Shown: one piece after another, positions 34,308-43,758 of the stretch
How the letters are laid out: each line of letters begins with the position of its first letter
How positions within the stretch are numbered: position 1 is the stretch's first letter
DNA from: a virus
Lineage: Duplodnaviria; Caudoviricetes
Length of the DNA stretch: 64,000 nt
Direction: 5' to 3' (one strand)
IMG/VR virus record: IMGVR_UViG_3300024046_000025
Coordinates: 1-64,000 of that record
Notes under the pieces: model-generated
What the model was told of the DNA's origin: nothing
Databases searched by the model: none
Seen by the model: the letters and a program-made list of their open reading frames with translations, nothing else
Position numbers and translations under genes: made by a program

Positions 34308-34332
34308 CTTTCAAGTTGCGAACCTGCCAAGA

Positions 34333-34354
34333 GGCCCCAGTGCGGGGCTTTTTT
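34333..34354 (+). terminator. Terminator after tRNA-Ser
   Basis: GGCCCC-AGTGC-GGGGCT-TTTTT. Confidence 0.8.
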
Positions 34355-34688
34355 CTTTTTATCTCAAAGGAGTTTGGCGGCTGGGTCCGCCCTGCGGAGA
34401 CTGCTGTCACGGCCGATATTGGTCTCTGAACGGCCCACGTCTCTCTTCGAGCGCCCTGCCGGGAAATCAGGGCGGCATCGAAATTCGTCGGGTTTTCAGT
34501 CAATTGAGCAAGCACTCATGCTGGCAAGTTGTCGCGTATATGAGCGCCAGGCTGACGCACGGAGACACTCGGGGGCGGCGAAGCTCTGCGGCTCGATGCG
34601 CGGACGTGCGTGCTCATAAGGGCTGGCTGTTGGCGGTGCATCGGAAGTCTCTGATGACAAAAGGACTTCTCCCCTCTAGCCTGGCGCG

Positions 34689-35525
34689 ATGTCGAACGGG
34701 CCCTGGACGGATGAAGAGAACGACCTGATCGTCGCGGATTACTTCGCGATGCTCGCCGACGACATTGCCGAGCGCCGATACAGCAAGACGGAGCATCGCC
34801 GAGCACTCCTGCCACTGCTGAATGACCGGTCCGAGGGTTCGGTCGAGTTCAAGCACCAGAACATCAGCGCGGTGCTGAAGGGGCTCGGCGAGGACTGGAT
34901 TCCTGGCTACAAGCCGGCGTTCAATTTCCAGATGACGCTGGTCGATGCGGTGGCGCGCTGGCTCGCGCTCCATCCCGACTGGCTCGGCCGGATGCCGGGC
35001 ATGCGTCCGGTCACCGGCTTACAGGAGGCCACGCGGCTCTGGATCGGCCCACCCCCTACGTTGTCCAACCAGCCACCGCCGCAGGAGCTGGAGCAGATGC
35101 TGCATATCGCCCGCAAATTCGATGTCGCGGGCCGGGACGAGCGAAACCGCGCGCTCGGTCGCGCGGGCGAGGAATGTGTGCTGGCGCATGAGCAGGCTTC
35201 GCTTCAGGCCGTGGGGCGCGAGGATCTGGCGCGGAAGGTCCGCTGGGTATCGGAAGAGGATGGCGACGGCGCAGGTTATGATATCAAGAGCTTCGCACCG
35301 GATGGGCGGTCCCGCCTGATCGAGGTGAAGACGACGAACGGATGGGAGCGCACGCCGTTCCTGATCACTCGCAACGAACTGGCCGTGGCCGAGGAACGCC
35401 GGTCGGAATGGCGCCTGTTCCGGCTATGGAACTTCTCGCGCGAGCCGAAGGCCTTCGAGCTTCACCCGCCGCTCGATGCCCATGTTGCTCTCACCGCGAC
35501 GACGTTTCAGGCGAGCTTTCACTGA
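34689..35525 (+). CDS. DUF3883 (NO VEIN C-terminal) PD-(D/E)xK nuclease-like protein
   Basis: ALGRAGEECV, DGAGYDIKSF, LIEVKTT. Confidence 0.8.
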   Translation: MSNGPWTDEENDLIVADYFAMLADDIAERRYSKTEHRRALLPLLNDRSEGSVEFKHQNISAVLKGLGEDWIPGYKPAFNFQMTLVDAVARWLALHPDWLGRMPGMRPVTGLQEATRLWIGPPPTLSNQPPPQELEQMLHIARKFDVAGRDERNRALGRAGEECVLAHEQASLQAVGREDLARKVRWVSEEDGDGAGYDIKSFAPDGRSRLIEVKTTNGWERTPFLITRNELAVAEERRSEWRLFRLWNFSREPKAFELHPPLDAHVALTATTFQASFH

Positions 35526-35528
35526 CGA

Positions 35529-35912
35529 TCAGCCGAACACCTTATTGGCTTGCTCCGGCCACGGCGCGGCCGTTGCTTCGACGAGGGACATGAGGCTGAC
35601 CGCCGGAGACTCCCGGCCGCAGGTCAGGCGTTTGAGGACGGTGGGCGACAGATAGGCCAATCGCAACTGGCGACTGACATGCCGCTCTGCCAGACCGACA
35701 GCCTTGGCGAGATCATGGACCGTGGCGAACTCTCCGGCTTCCATGCGGCGGCGCCAACTCCACGCCCGGCCGATGGCGCGCAGGACGTGAGGATCGGGAG
35801 TACGGTCCTCGCTCGGGCGATAATCCACCGGCGGCAGGAGCTTCGGCCGCCCGTTCTTCTTTCGCACTTTCAACGGGATCAGCACCCTGATCGTGTCATT
35901 GGCTTGCGTCAT
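35529..35912 (-). CDS. Recombinase-associated hypothetical protein
   Basis: RAIGRAWSWRRRMEAG...LRLAYLSP; coupled to recombinase. Confidence 0.75.
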   Translation of the reverse strand: MTQANDTIRVLIPLKVRKKNGRPKLLPPVDYRPSEDRTPDPHVLRAIGRAWSWRRRMEAGEFATVHDLAKAVGLAERHVSRQLRLAYLSPTVLKRLTCGRESPAVSLMSLVEATAAPWPEQANKVFG

Positions 35913-37228
35913 TACTCCGCAGCCTCCATGCGAGCGGGTGCGATCATCTCGCGGATGACCCCACCGATGCCGTCGGCCCGGACATCGACCGCGAGCCCGT
36001 CAGCGGTCACGGTGACGCGCCGGACGAGCAACTGAATGATCCGCGCTTGTTCCGCAGGAAAGAGCTGGTTCCAGAGCGCACCGAAATCGTTCAACGCAGC
36101 GATGACCTCGGCTTCTCGAACCTGCGGGCCATCCTGCTGCAAGGCGGCGAGAACCTTCGTCACCACCTCGGGCGTCTGCACGATACGACGGACTTCCGTC
36201 ACCACCGCGTCCTCGACCATGCCCGCCGGAAGCCGCGACGGCACTTCGGATTCGCCACCCTCGCGGTTCCGGATCACATCCATCGAGACATAGTAGCGGT
36301 AGAGCTTGGTTCCCTTGCGCGTGGCCGTCGGCGTCATGGCTGCGCCGGTTTCGCTGAAGATCAGGCCCTTGAGCAGTGCAGGCGTCTGCATCCGGCTGTT
36401 GTTCGCACGCTTGCGCGGGCTCTCCTGCAAAATGGCGTGGACGTGGTTCCAGAGCTCGGCGTCGATGATGGCTGCATGCTCGCCGGGATATGCCTTCCCT
36501 TTGTGGACGGCTTCACCTCGATACACGCGGTTATTCAGCAAACGGTAGAGGTAGCCCTTGTCGACCAGCGTCCCTTGCTTGTTTCGGAACCCCTGCGCAC
36601 GCAGTTCGCGGGCCAGCGTCGTCGCCGAACCGAGTTCGATGAAGCGTTCGAAGATGCGGCGCACAGCGGCAGCCTCGGCCGCGTTGGCCACCAGCTTGCG
36701 ATCCTGAACATCGTAGCCGAAAGGCACATAGCCGCCCATCCAGATCCCGCGCTTCCGGGATGCCGCCACCTTGTCGCGGATCCGCTCGCCTATCACCTCG
36801 CGCTCGAACTGGGCGAAGCTGAGCAGGATGTTCAGCGTGAGCCGTCCCATGGACGTGGTGGTGTTGAATGATTGCGTGACGCTCACAAACGTCACTTCGT
36901 TCCGGTCGAACACCTCGACCAACTTCGAGAAATCCATCAGCGAGCGCGAGAGCCGGTCGATCTTGTAGACGACCACGACGTCGATAAGTCCGTCCTCGAT
37001 GTCGGCGAGCAGCCGCTTCAGCCCCGGGCGGTCGAGTGTGCCGCCGGAGAAGCCGCCGTCATCATATCGCTCCCGGATCGTGGCCCAGCCTTCCGACCTC
37101 TGGCTGGCGACATAGGCCTCGCAGGATTCGCGCTGGGCATCGAGGCTGTTGAATTCCATGTCGAGTCCTTCCTCGCTCGACTTCCGGGCATAGATGGCGC
37201 AACGAAGGCGGCGTTTCGGGTTGACCAT
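35912..37228 (-). CDS. Large serine recombinase (integrase)
   Basis: CAIYARKS catalytic Ser, YKIDRLSRS, LSFAQFERE, GGYVPFGY. Confidence 0.93.
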   Translation of the reverse strand: MVNPKRRLRCAIYARKSSEEGLDMEFNSLDAQRESCEAYVASQRSEGWATIRERYDDGGFSGGTLDRPGLKRLLADIEDGLIDVVVVYKIDRLSRSLMDFSKLVEVFDRNEVTFVSVTQSFNTTTSMGRLTLNILLSFAQFEREVIGERIRDKVAASRKRGIWMGGYVPFGYDVQDRKLVANAAEAAAVRRIFERFIELGSATTLARELRAQGFRNKQGTLVDKGYLYRLLNNRVYRGEAVHKGKAYPGEHAAIIDAELWNHVHAILQESPRKRANNSRMQTPALLKGLIFSETGAAMTPTATRKGTKLYRYYVSMDVIRNREGGESEVPSRLPAGMVEDAVVTEVRRIVQTPEVVTKVLAALQQDGPQVREAEVIAALNDFGALWNQLFPAEQARIIQLLVRRVTVTADGLAVDVRADGIGGVIREMIAPARMEAAE

Positions 37229-37236
37229 GCCCTCCA

Positions 37237-37731
37237 TCAGGCACCCTCCCGCTCACGCAGGCCGAAGAAGCGGTAACCATTCCAGCGGGTGCCGGTGATC
37301 TCCCGAGCCACGGCAGAAAGAGAGCGGAACCTGCGGCCCTGCCATTCGAAGCCGTCGTTCATGACCGTCACGGTGTGCTCGATCCCGTTCCATTCACGAA
37401 CGAGTCGGGTTCCCGCGACAGGATTGCGCGGATCGGCGATCTGGTTCTTGCCGCGTCCGATACCTTCCACCTCGTCCGCCAGCAGGTCGAGCATTCGCCT
37501 GGTGTCACGGTCGGGGCCGCCGTAGGCCAGCTCCTGGATGCGATGACCGATGCGCAGTTCGAGAAAGGCACGGCTGTTGTTCGGAGACGTCCCGCCGAAC
37601 AGAGCCTGCCAATCGATCTTCAGTTCCTTCACCGATTTGGACTTCAGCGCCGTCAGCCGGGCGAGCACCGTTCGGTCGACCTCGGCGCTCATGCCGGGGG
37701 TCTGCGCCACCATCCTCTTGTCATGCTTCAT
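37237..37731 (-). CDS. DUF2924 domain protein
   Basis: GTRLVREWNG, SLSAVAREITGTRWNGYRFFGL. Confidence 0.85.
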   Translation of the reverse strand: MKHDKRMVAQTPGMSAEVDRTVLARLTALKSKSVKELKIDWQALFGGTSPNNSRAFLELRIGHRIQELAYGGPDRDTRRMLDLLADEVEGIGRGKNQIADPRNPVAGTRLVREWNGIEHTVTVMNDGFEWQGRRFRSLSAVAREITGTRWNGYRFFGLREREGA

Positions 37732-37963
37732 GAATTCCTCCGATGCGGATGCGTTTTCCGCGACGAGCACCGCTCTTTCGGGGGCGGAAGTCCACAAAAC
37801 AGTCTCCGGGTTCGGCAGATAAAGAACTTGCCTTCCCTGCTTCGAGCCGAACCACGCCGGCGGCCAGAATCCGACCGATCTCGGCGAGTCGGTCCCCCGG
37901 TGACATGCGCTCCGGACTCAAGGGATTTGTGCCCGCGAGTGGGCTGTCGAAATGGCTGGACAT
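37721..37963 (-). CDS. Small hypothetical protein
   Basis: MSPGDRLAEIGRILAAGVVRL; leads recombinase operon. Confidence 0.7.
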   Translation of the reverse strand: MSSHFDSPLAGTNPLSPERMSPGDRLAEIGRILAAGVVRLEAGKASSLSAEPGDCFVDFRPRKSGARRGKRIRIGGIHEA

Positions 37964-38137
37964 GGTGATGGTTCGCGATCTGGGTGCTGCCCAAACCGTA
38001 TCGCGAAATCAGAAAAATACAAGAATTTCAATGGATTGTGGACATTCGACGCTGCTTCGCACGCCCGCGAAAATCTGCGCGACGTGGATCTTGCGAGAAC
38101 CATCCCAACGAGCAGGGCAATCAGGGATCCCGGCGAA

Positions 38138-39055
38138 TCAGTCTGCGCGCCCGCCCATGAACCTGTCGTAGGTGTCGAGTGTCGCCTCTTCATCGAGATC
38201 GGCCATTTCCCATCTCGATGGTGCGTGGTCGGGATAGAGCAGCAGAGAGATCGCCATCTCGTTGCTCGGAGAAAAGACCGTCATCTCCCGGACCGGCTCG
38301 GTGCCGAGCCATACGCCTGGCGCGTGCAGGATACCGTGCCGCCCGGTATCCGCATCGACTTCCCGCGCTGCAAGCGACCCGGCCGGCAATGCGATCACGG
38401 TCTGGCGGGCAGCGTAGTAGATCCGAGACCGGATGAGCGGACCGCTGGACCACGCCCAGTCGATGAAGCCGTCCTTGCTGACCACGATCATGGCCCGCTT
38501 GTCGGTTATGGTGAGCCATTTGAGGATCGCGGCGGTGAGCGATACCGCATAGCGATCGGCAAGCTCGGTCATGGTGTCGATGTCGACGTCCCGCCCTCTG
38601 ATCTGTGCGCGGAAATCGTCGAGCGGCATCAGAAGGTAGGACGCGAAGGTGTTGGCCTCCGCCTCGATGGTGCCGCGCTCGGCGCTCCAGTCGCCCATGT
38701 TGCGGCTTGTGCACTGAAGTCCGCGAGGATGAGCGTGGCGGTGCAGCAGATAGTGACCGAGCTCATGGGCCAGCGTGAAATTCCGCCGACCGGGCGACCT
38801 GATCGTGTCGTTGTAGACGATTCCCCATTCGCCCGAGCCGTTCGGATGTGGCAGCAACATGCCCTCGACGCCCTTCGACAGCGCGGTTCCTTCCACCATG
38901 GTGATCGGCGCGTCCGGGAAAACCTGCCGCGAAAAGTCCTTGGCGACCGCTGCCACGTCGATCGGGAAGCGCGGCAGTCCATGGGCCTGCTGGACGACCG
39001 AGATCAATTGCGTGAGGCGGATCGCCCAGCCTTGTGGGGTCGTCGGGAAACTCAA
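38138..39055 (-). CDS. ImmA/IrrE-family metallopeptidase (anti-repressor)
   Basis: RRNFTLAHELGHY (HExxH), EAEANTFASYLLMP; TTG overlaps XRE stop. Confidence 0.9.
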   Translation of the reverse strand: MSFPTTPQGWAIRLTQLISVVQQAHGLPRFPIDVAAVAKDFSRQVFPDAPITMVEGTALSKGVEGMLLPHPNGSGEWGIVYNDTIRSPGRRNFTLAHELGHYLLHRHAHPRGLQCTSRNMGDWSAERGTIEAEANTFASYLLMPLDDFRAQIRGRDVDIDTMTELADRYAVSLTAAILKWLTITDKRAMIVVSKDGFIDWAWSSGPLIRSRIYYAARQTVIALPAGSLAAREVDADTGRHGILHAPGVWLGTEPVREMTVFSPSNEMAISLLLYPDHAPSRWEMADLDEEATLDTYDRFMGGRAD

Positions 39056-39372
39056 TCCTTCTTCCCCCAGAGATCGATCATCTGGCTGATCTTCTCCTGA
39101 TCCTCGGTGGTCAGCTTGCTGAATCTGCGGAAGAAGGCTTCCTTCAGCACTTCGTCACCCGGTTCGGCGCTGTCATCGAGGAGATAGTCGGTGGTGACGG
39201 ACAGGGCCTGCGCAATGCGGGTCAGCTTTTCGGCCGATGGTTTTCGTGTGTCGCGGTTTTCGAGCTCCCAGATGTAGCTCTTGCTGGAGTCCGTCAGCTC
39301 GGCGAGCTTGTCGAGGGAGTAACCCTTTTCCTGCCGATGGCGCTTGATCTTTGCGCCGAGGGACGTGGTCAT
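39052..39372 (-). CDS. XRE-family repressor
   Basis: LGAKIKRHRQEKGYSLDKLAELTDSSKSYIWELEN. Confidence 0.9.
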   Translation of the reverse strand: MTTSLGAKIKRHRQEKGYSLDKLAELTDSSKSYIWELENRDTRKPSAEKLTRIAQALSVTTDYLLDDSAEPGDEVLKEAFFRRFSKLTTEDQEKISQMIDLWGKKD

Positions 39373-39410
39373 CTGATCTTCCTTGCCTGCCTGCGCGGAT
39401 GGAATCGCGT

Positions 39411-39477
39411 GTTCGATATGCCGAACAAAAAAGGTTCGCGCAAGTAGACAGCCCGTGATGTTCGATATATATCGAAC
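39411..39477. promoter_or_regulatory. Palindromic operators in divergent promoter
   Basis: GTTCGATATGCCGAAC (39411-26) and perfect 18-bp GTTCGATATATATCGAAC (39460-77). Confidence 0.7.
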
Positions 39478-39535
39478 GATAGCGTATCGCTGCGCACCGA
39501 TTCTCTCTCCTCCTCCGGCCAGGAAAGGGCCCTCC

Positions 39536-40768
39536 ATGACGTCGATCGCCGCCTTCTTCCGCAAGACCCCGGTAACCCGCCTGCAGGACTACTTCACCGC
39601 ATGCGCATTCACCTCGCTGCCGCACGTCGATTGGACGAAGCCCGAGGCGGAGGTCGTCGAGCCGTTGATCAAGGCGGTGGACGCCATGAACGAGGATGAG
39701 CGCCAGCGCGTCATTCTCGATGCGGGCCGCGTCGCGGCATTGGCCGATGAGCCCGGTCAGACCGCGCTCCAGAACGTGGTGGTCGACCGGGCGACGTTCG
39801 ACACGCTCGAGGGAGCAAACAACCGTTCGCTCTGGGTGTTCCTGAATGAGAATGATCGGTTCCGTCTTGCCGAGGAGGTTCGCTACAACGATGAGCGCCG
39901 CCGGGGGCGCTCGTGGAACGGCTTCGAAGTCGAAAAGGACCGCTCAGTCCGGAAGGATCCCATCTCGGTGGCGGCTTTCACCGCGGCGATCCGGGAACGG
40001 TTCGAGACTCCCAATGTCCATGTGGACATCTTCGACCGGCACCGTGTCATCCTTGATGACCAGGAGTGCGAACTCGTTCAGGTGGCGATCTATCGGGAGG
40101 GCCGCCCCGAGGACATGCTGGGCTTCGACACCAACAGCAAGCTCGCCCGGCGCATCGTGCGGCCGGTCTTCGAAGCGGCGCTGACCTACGAAGCGGCCAC
40201 GGGCGTGATCGAGGTCGTTGCCAACACGCGCGAGGATCGGGTGGACCTGACCCGGTTCATGGCGCGGGACCTGCTCGGTATCGAGTTCGCCGAGAAGCAC
40301 ATCCCCCTTCGCGAGTACGACCTGAACGTCCTGCTGAAGCCGTTCGATTTCCCGACCGACGTGGCGGACGGGATCGAGGGTGTCACGGTGAAGGAGCTGC
40401 GCTTCATGGATCTCGGCGATCCCAAGGAGCGTGTCACGCTGGAATCGATGTCGGGCGCCGAACGCACGATCTGGGAGATGGCCAACCACCGGATCGGGCT
40501 GGATCTCGGTGGCGGGTCCGGGAGCTTGCACGCACCGGGACTCCTCGGCGAGGCTCCGGAGTGGCTGATCACCCGTGCACGTTTCACCATCAAGTTTCGG
40601 CCCGGACCCGACGGTGGGCGCGGCAAATCCCTGACGCTCACCGTCACCATGCCGCATGGCTGCAACCTCAAGGACATGACGCCGCAGGAGCGCCTGATCG
40701 GCGAGAAGTACCTGCGGCGGTGGGGTATCCTGAAGGATGACAGCGATGTCGGCGACTTCGTTGAATAA
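39536..40768 (+). CDS. Conserved hypothetical protein
   Basis: 410-aa ORF, strong codon bias. Confidence 0.8.
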   Translation: MTSIAAFFRKTPVTRLQDYFTACAFTSLPHVDWTKPEAEVVEPLIKAVDAMNEDERQRVILDAGRVAALADEPGQTALQNVVVDRATFDTLEGANNRSLWVFLNENDRFRLAEEVRYNDERRRGRSWNGFEVEKDRSVRKDPISVAAFTAAIRERFETPNVHVDIFDRHRVILDDQECELVQVAIYREGRPEDMLGFDTNSKLARRIVRPVFEAALTYEAATGVIEVVANTREDRVDLTRFMARDLLGIEFAEKHIPLREYDLNVLLKPFDFPTDVADGIEGVTVKELRFMDLGDPKERVTLESMSGAERTIWEMANHRIGLDLGGGSGSLHAPGLLGEAPEWLITRARFTIKFRPGPDGGRGKSLTLTVTMPHGCNLKDMTPQERLIGEKYLRRWGILKDDSDVGDFVE

Positions 40769-41690
40769 GGCCTCCATCGACCTGCTGTTCAAAGTACTGG
40801 AAGCTCGCGGCACACAGATCGCGGGCACCACGCTCACCGAATATTTTCCACGGGCGGCGGAAACACTGCTCGCTTCCGGTCTGCTGGCGGCACGCGGACA
40901 GGTCCCCGTTGTCGCGGCGATGGATGCCCACGAGGATGAACCGATCCCTGCAGTCTGGTCGTCCGAGCGCAAGGCGTTCGGATATCTCAACAGCGTCGGG
41001 CGCTGGATCGAAATCGCGGAAGGTGCGATCTCTGCCTATCAGGTCGATCACGCCCGCATGTTCGCGGCAATGCTCATGCCGTTCGAGCGGCAAGGAACCG
41101 CGAAGATCACCCCGCTGATTCCCGAGCATCTCTGGGACATCGGTTCGATCAGGGTGGCCGGGGCCAGGACGCCGGTCCCCGTCTGGTTCGGCCGCCGCCT
41201 TGGCGATCCTCACGTCTGGTCTCAGGTCGGCGTCCTTGTGGGTCGTCGACCGGCAACCGAAAAGCGCATCATTCTCACCTCGACCCGCGGTGACCGTCTG
41301 CCTGCGGCGCCGGATCGTCGGCATGCCCTGGTGGCGGTCGAGGACGTGTTGGAGAGCCCGGATCGGTTGGCGATATCTCCGAGGGTTCTTGCCGCGCGGG
41401 TCTATCCAGAACAGGCGCAACGGCGATACCCGATCGACCATTCCGACGACTTCGGTATTGTCTGGCTCAAGGACGAGACGTTCGAATTTCGCGGCGACAA
41501 GCATCGAAAGCTCCTCGAGCAGCTGTTCGACGCCTATTGGGCGGGGAAACCAGTGCTGCGTGTCATCGTGGCACTCGCGGAGGCCGGGTTCTCGGACAAG
41601 ACGAACAGCCTGTCGAAAGCGTTCAGCGGGCGAGACGACTGGCAGAAGTTCATCCGACAATCTGAAGGGAATTGCTGGATCGAGGTCTGA
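40746..41690 (+). CDS. Hypothetical protein, possible C-terminal winged helix
   Basis: Overlaps upstream gene; KHRKLLEQLFDAY...SLSKAF. Confidence 0.75.
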   Translation: MSATSLNKASIDLLFKVLEARGTQIAGTTLTEYFPRAAETLLASGLLAARGQVPVVAAMDAHEDEPIPAVWSSERKAFGYLNSVGRWIEIAEGAISAYQVDHARMFAAMLMPFERQGTAKITPLIPEHLWDIGSIRVAGARTPVPVWFGRRLGDPHVWSQVGVLVGRRPATEKRIILTSTRGDRLPAAPDRRHALVAVEDVLESPDRLAISPRVLAARVYPEQAQRRYPIDHSDDFGIVWLKDETFEFRGDKHRKLLEQLFDAYWAGKPVLRVIVALAEAGFSDKTNSLSKAFSGRDDWQKFIRQSEGNCWIEV

Positions 41691-41714
41691 TCCAAACCAT
41701 TGGATTTTATGAAT

Positions 41715-41741
41715 AAGGCCGTCCGGAAGGGCGGCCTTTTC
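41715..41741 (+). terminator. Intrinsic terminator
   Basis: AAGGCCGTCC-GGAA-GGGCGGCCTT-TT. Confidence 0.8.
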
Positions 41742-41755
41742 GCATTTCCGGGGCA

Positions 41756-41795
41756 CCTACCGTTTCCCCTACCGCTGCCCTTCCGAAGCCCTACC
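41756..41795 (+). repeat. Four helically phased CCTWCC repeats
   Basis: At 41756, 41768, 41779, 41790. Confidence 0.65.
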
Positions 41796-41852
41796 AGCCC
41801 CTCTGCGATCTTCACTCCCGCAGGTTTTCGCACAAACCCGAAGGAGGTTCAG

Positions 41853-42062
41853 ATGGCGCTCAGGCACCTGTCGCAGATCGAGCTGGCAGCTCGCTGGAAC
41901 ATTTCCCACCGCACGCTGGAGCGTTGGCGGTGGACGGGCGAAGGCCCGAAATTCATCAAACTCGGTGGTCGAGTCATCTACCGCCTCGAGGACGTCGAGG
42001 CCTTCGAGGCCGAACAGGTCCGCGGGTCGGAAACCGAGCCCCAGCGCCCGATGTCGGCGTGA
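41853..42062 (+). CDS. AlpA/excisionase-like HTH protein
   Basis: ELAARWNISHRTLERWR..GEGPKFIKLGGRVIY; GGAGG RBS. Confidence 0.88.
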   Translation: MALRHLSQIELAARWNISHRTLERWRWTGEGPKFIKLGGRVIYRLEDVEAFEAEQVRGSETEPQRPMSA

Positions 42063-42076
42063 GGGAGGTGGAGACG

Positions 42077-42562
42077 ATGATCCCCAACCGCCTCACGCTC
42101 GACGACCTGCGCACCCTGCAGATCCGCGAAATCGCGGCGTTGTCGGCCGAACAGCTCGCGTCGTTGCATGACGAAGCCGCCACGCAACTGCGTGCCGCGA
42201 AAACCCTCTGCGACTGGCTCGATGGGGCCATCGCTCTGAAATACGGCGACCGGGCGACGGAAGCGCGCCGGGCCGAGGGCAAGGATACCGGCACGATCCG
42301 CTTCGAGGACGGCACGGTGACCGTCATCGCCGACCTGCCCAAGCGCGTCGATTGGGACCAGACGAAGCTCGCGGCGCTCGTCGAGCGCATCAAGGCCGAT
42401 GGCGGGGATCCCGCCGAATACGTCGACATCTCCTTCGATGTTGCCGAGCGCAAGTATTCCGCCTGGCCCGCGCATATCCGCACGGCCTTCGAGGGCGCGC
42501 GCACGGTTCGGACCGGCAAGCCGCGCTTCCGCTTCTCCCTGAACGACGAGGTGACGAAATGA
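42077..42562 (+). CDS. Hypothetical phage protein
   Basis: GGAGG RBS; operon context. Confidence 0.75.
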   Translation: MIPNRLTLDDLRTLQIREIAALSAEQLASLHDEAATQLRAAKTLCDWLDGAIALKYGDRATEARRAEGKDTGTIRFEDGTVTVIADLPKRVDWDQTKLAALVERIKADGGDPAEYVDISFDVAERKYSAWPAHIRTAFEGARTVRTGKPRFRFSLNDEVTK

Positions 42563-42855
42563 CCGCCCCGCACAAGCTGGGCCAGCTGTGTGAGCGCCAC
42601 TACGGCCTCGACAAGCTGCCCGAAACCGTCCGGATCCCCGCCCTTGGCAACCGTCGCAATGAAACCGCCAAGCCGGTCGAGACCGCGACGGTCGACGATC
42701 TGGCCTTCGCTCTCCTCGGCCTGAACGAGCGGGCATCCGCACTCTATCGCGAGATCGACGCGCTGCGCACCGTTCACGACGAGGCGCGCAAGGCCGGTGC
42801 GCTCGGCTCGGACATCGCGATCGACGCGCTGATCGCCGAAACGGGAGGGAAGTGA
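42559..42855 (+). CDS. Hypothetical protein
   Basis: ATGA overlap. Confidence 0.65.
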   Translation: MTAPHKLGQLCERHYGLDKLPETVRIPALGNRRNETAKPVETATVDDLAFALLGLNERASALYREIDALRTVHDEARKAGALGSDIAIDALIAETGGK

Positions 42856-43745
42856 TGGCCCTTCCCATCATCGGCGCCGATGAGCGCCTCGCGCAGCGCA
42901 AGGGGATCAAGGGTGTCATCTTCGGGCGGTCCGGCATCGGCAAGACGTCGCTGCTCTGGACGCTGAACGCCTCGACCACGCTCTTCCTCGACCTCGAGGC
43001 CGGCGATCTCGCGGTCGAGGGGCTGGAGATCGACACGCTGCGACCCCGCACCTGGAAGGAATGCCGCGATTTCGCGGTGTTCATCGGCGGTCCGAACCCG
43101 GCGCTGCGCGAGGACCAGCCCTATAGCCAGGCGCATTTCGACGAGGTCTGCGGCCGCTACGGCGATCCGGCGGTGATCGGGAAGTACGAGACCGTCTTCA
43201 TCGACTCGATCACAGTGGCGGGGCGGCTCTGCTTCCAGTGGTGCCGCGGCCAGCCCGAGGCCACGTCGGAGAAGACCGGCAAGCCCGACATCCGCAGCGC
43301 CTATGGGCTGCACGGCCGCGAGATGATCGGCTGGCTGACCCACCTGCAGCACACGCGCGGCAAGCATGTCTGGTTCGTCGGCATCCTCGACGAGAAGCTC
43401 GACGACTTCAACCGCAAGGTCTTCCAGCCGCAGATCGACGGATCGAAGACCGGACTCGAGCTGCCAGGGATCGTCGACCAGGTCATCACCATGGCCGACA
43501 TCCCCGACCCGGGCGGCCAGCCGCAGCACGCCTTCGTCTGCCAGACGCTGAACCCCTGGCTCTATCCGGCCAAGGATCGCTCGGGTCGCCTCGACATGAT
43601 CGAGGCACCGCATCTCGGCCGCCTCATGGAGAAGATCCAGCGCCCCGCGCGCCCGGCGTCCGAGCGCCTGTCCTGGCCGCCGTTGATCCCAGCCGATCCC
43701 GCGGCCGAGGCGCCATCCCACGCTCAATCCACCCTCCAGAACTGA
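42855..43745 (+). CDS. AAA/P-loop NTPase (Sak4-like recombination protein)
   Basis: GRSGIGKT, FLDLEAG, FIDSIT. Confidence 0.85.
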   Translation: MALPIIGADERLAQRKGIKGVIFGRSGIGKTSLLWTLNASTTLFLDLEAGDLAVEGLEIDTLRPRTWKECRDFAVFIGGPNPALREDQPYSQAHFDEVCGRYGDPAVIGKYETVFIDSITVAGRLCFQWCRGQPEATSEKTGKPDIRSAYGLHGREMIGWLTHLQHTRGKHVWFVGILDEKLDDFNRKVFQPQIDGSKTGLELPGIVDQVITMADIPDPGGQPQHAFVCQTLNPWLYPAKDRSGRLDMIEAPHLGRLMEKIQRPARPASERLSWPPLIPADPAAEAPSHAQSTLQN

Positions 43746-43758
43746 AAGGAGCCGCGCA

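Noticed and set aside
39423-39437. GAAC-N7-GTTC as a LexA box
   Set aside because: Inverted rather than the direct-repeat alphaproteobacterial consensus; better explained by overlap with the XRE palindromes
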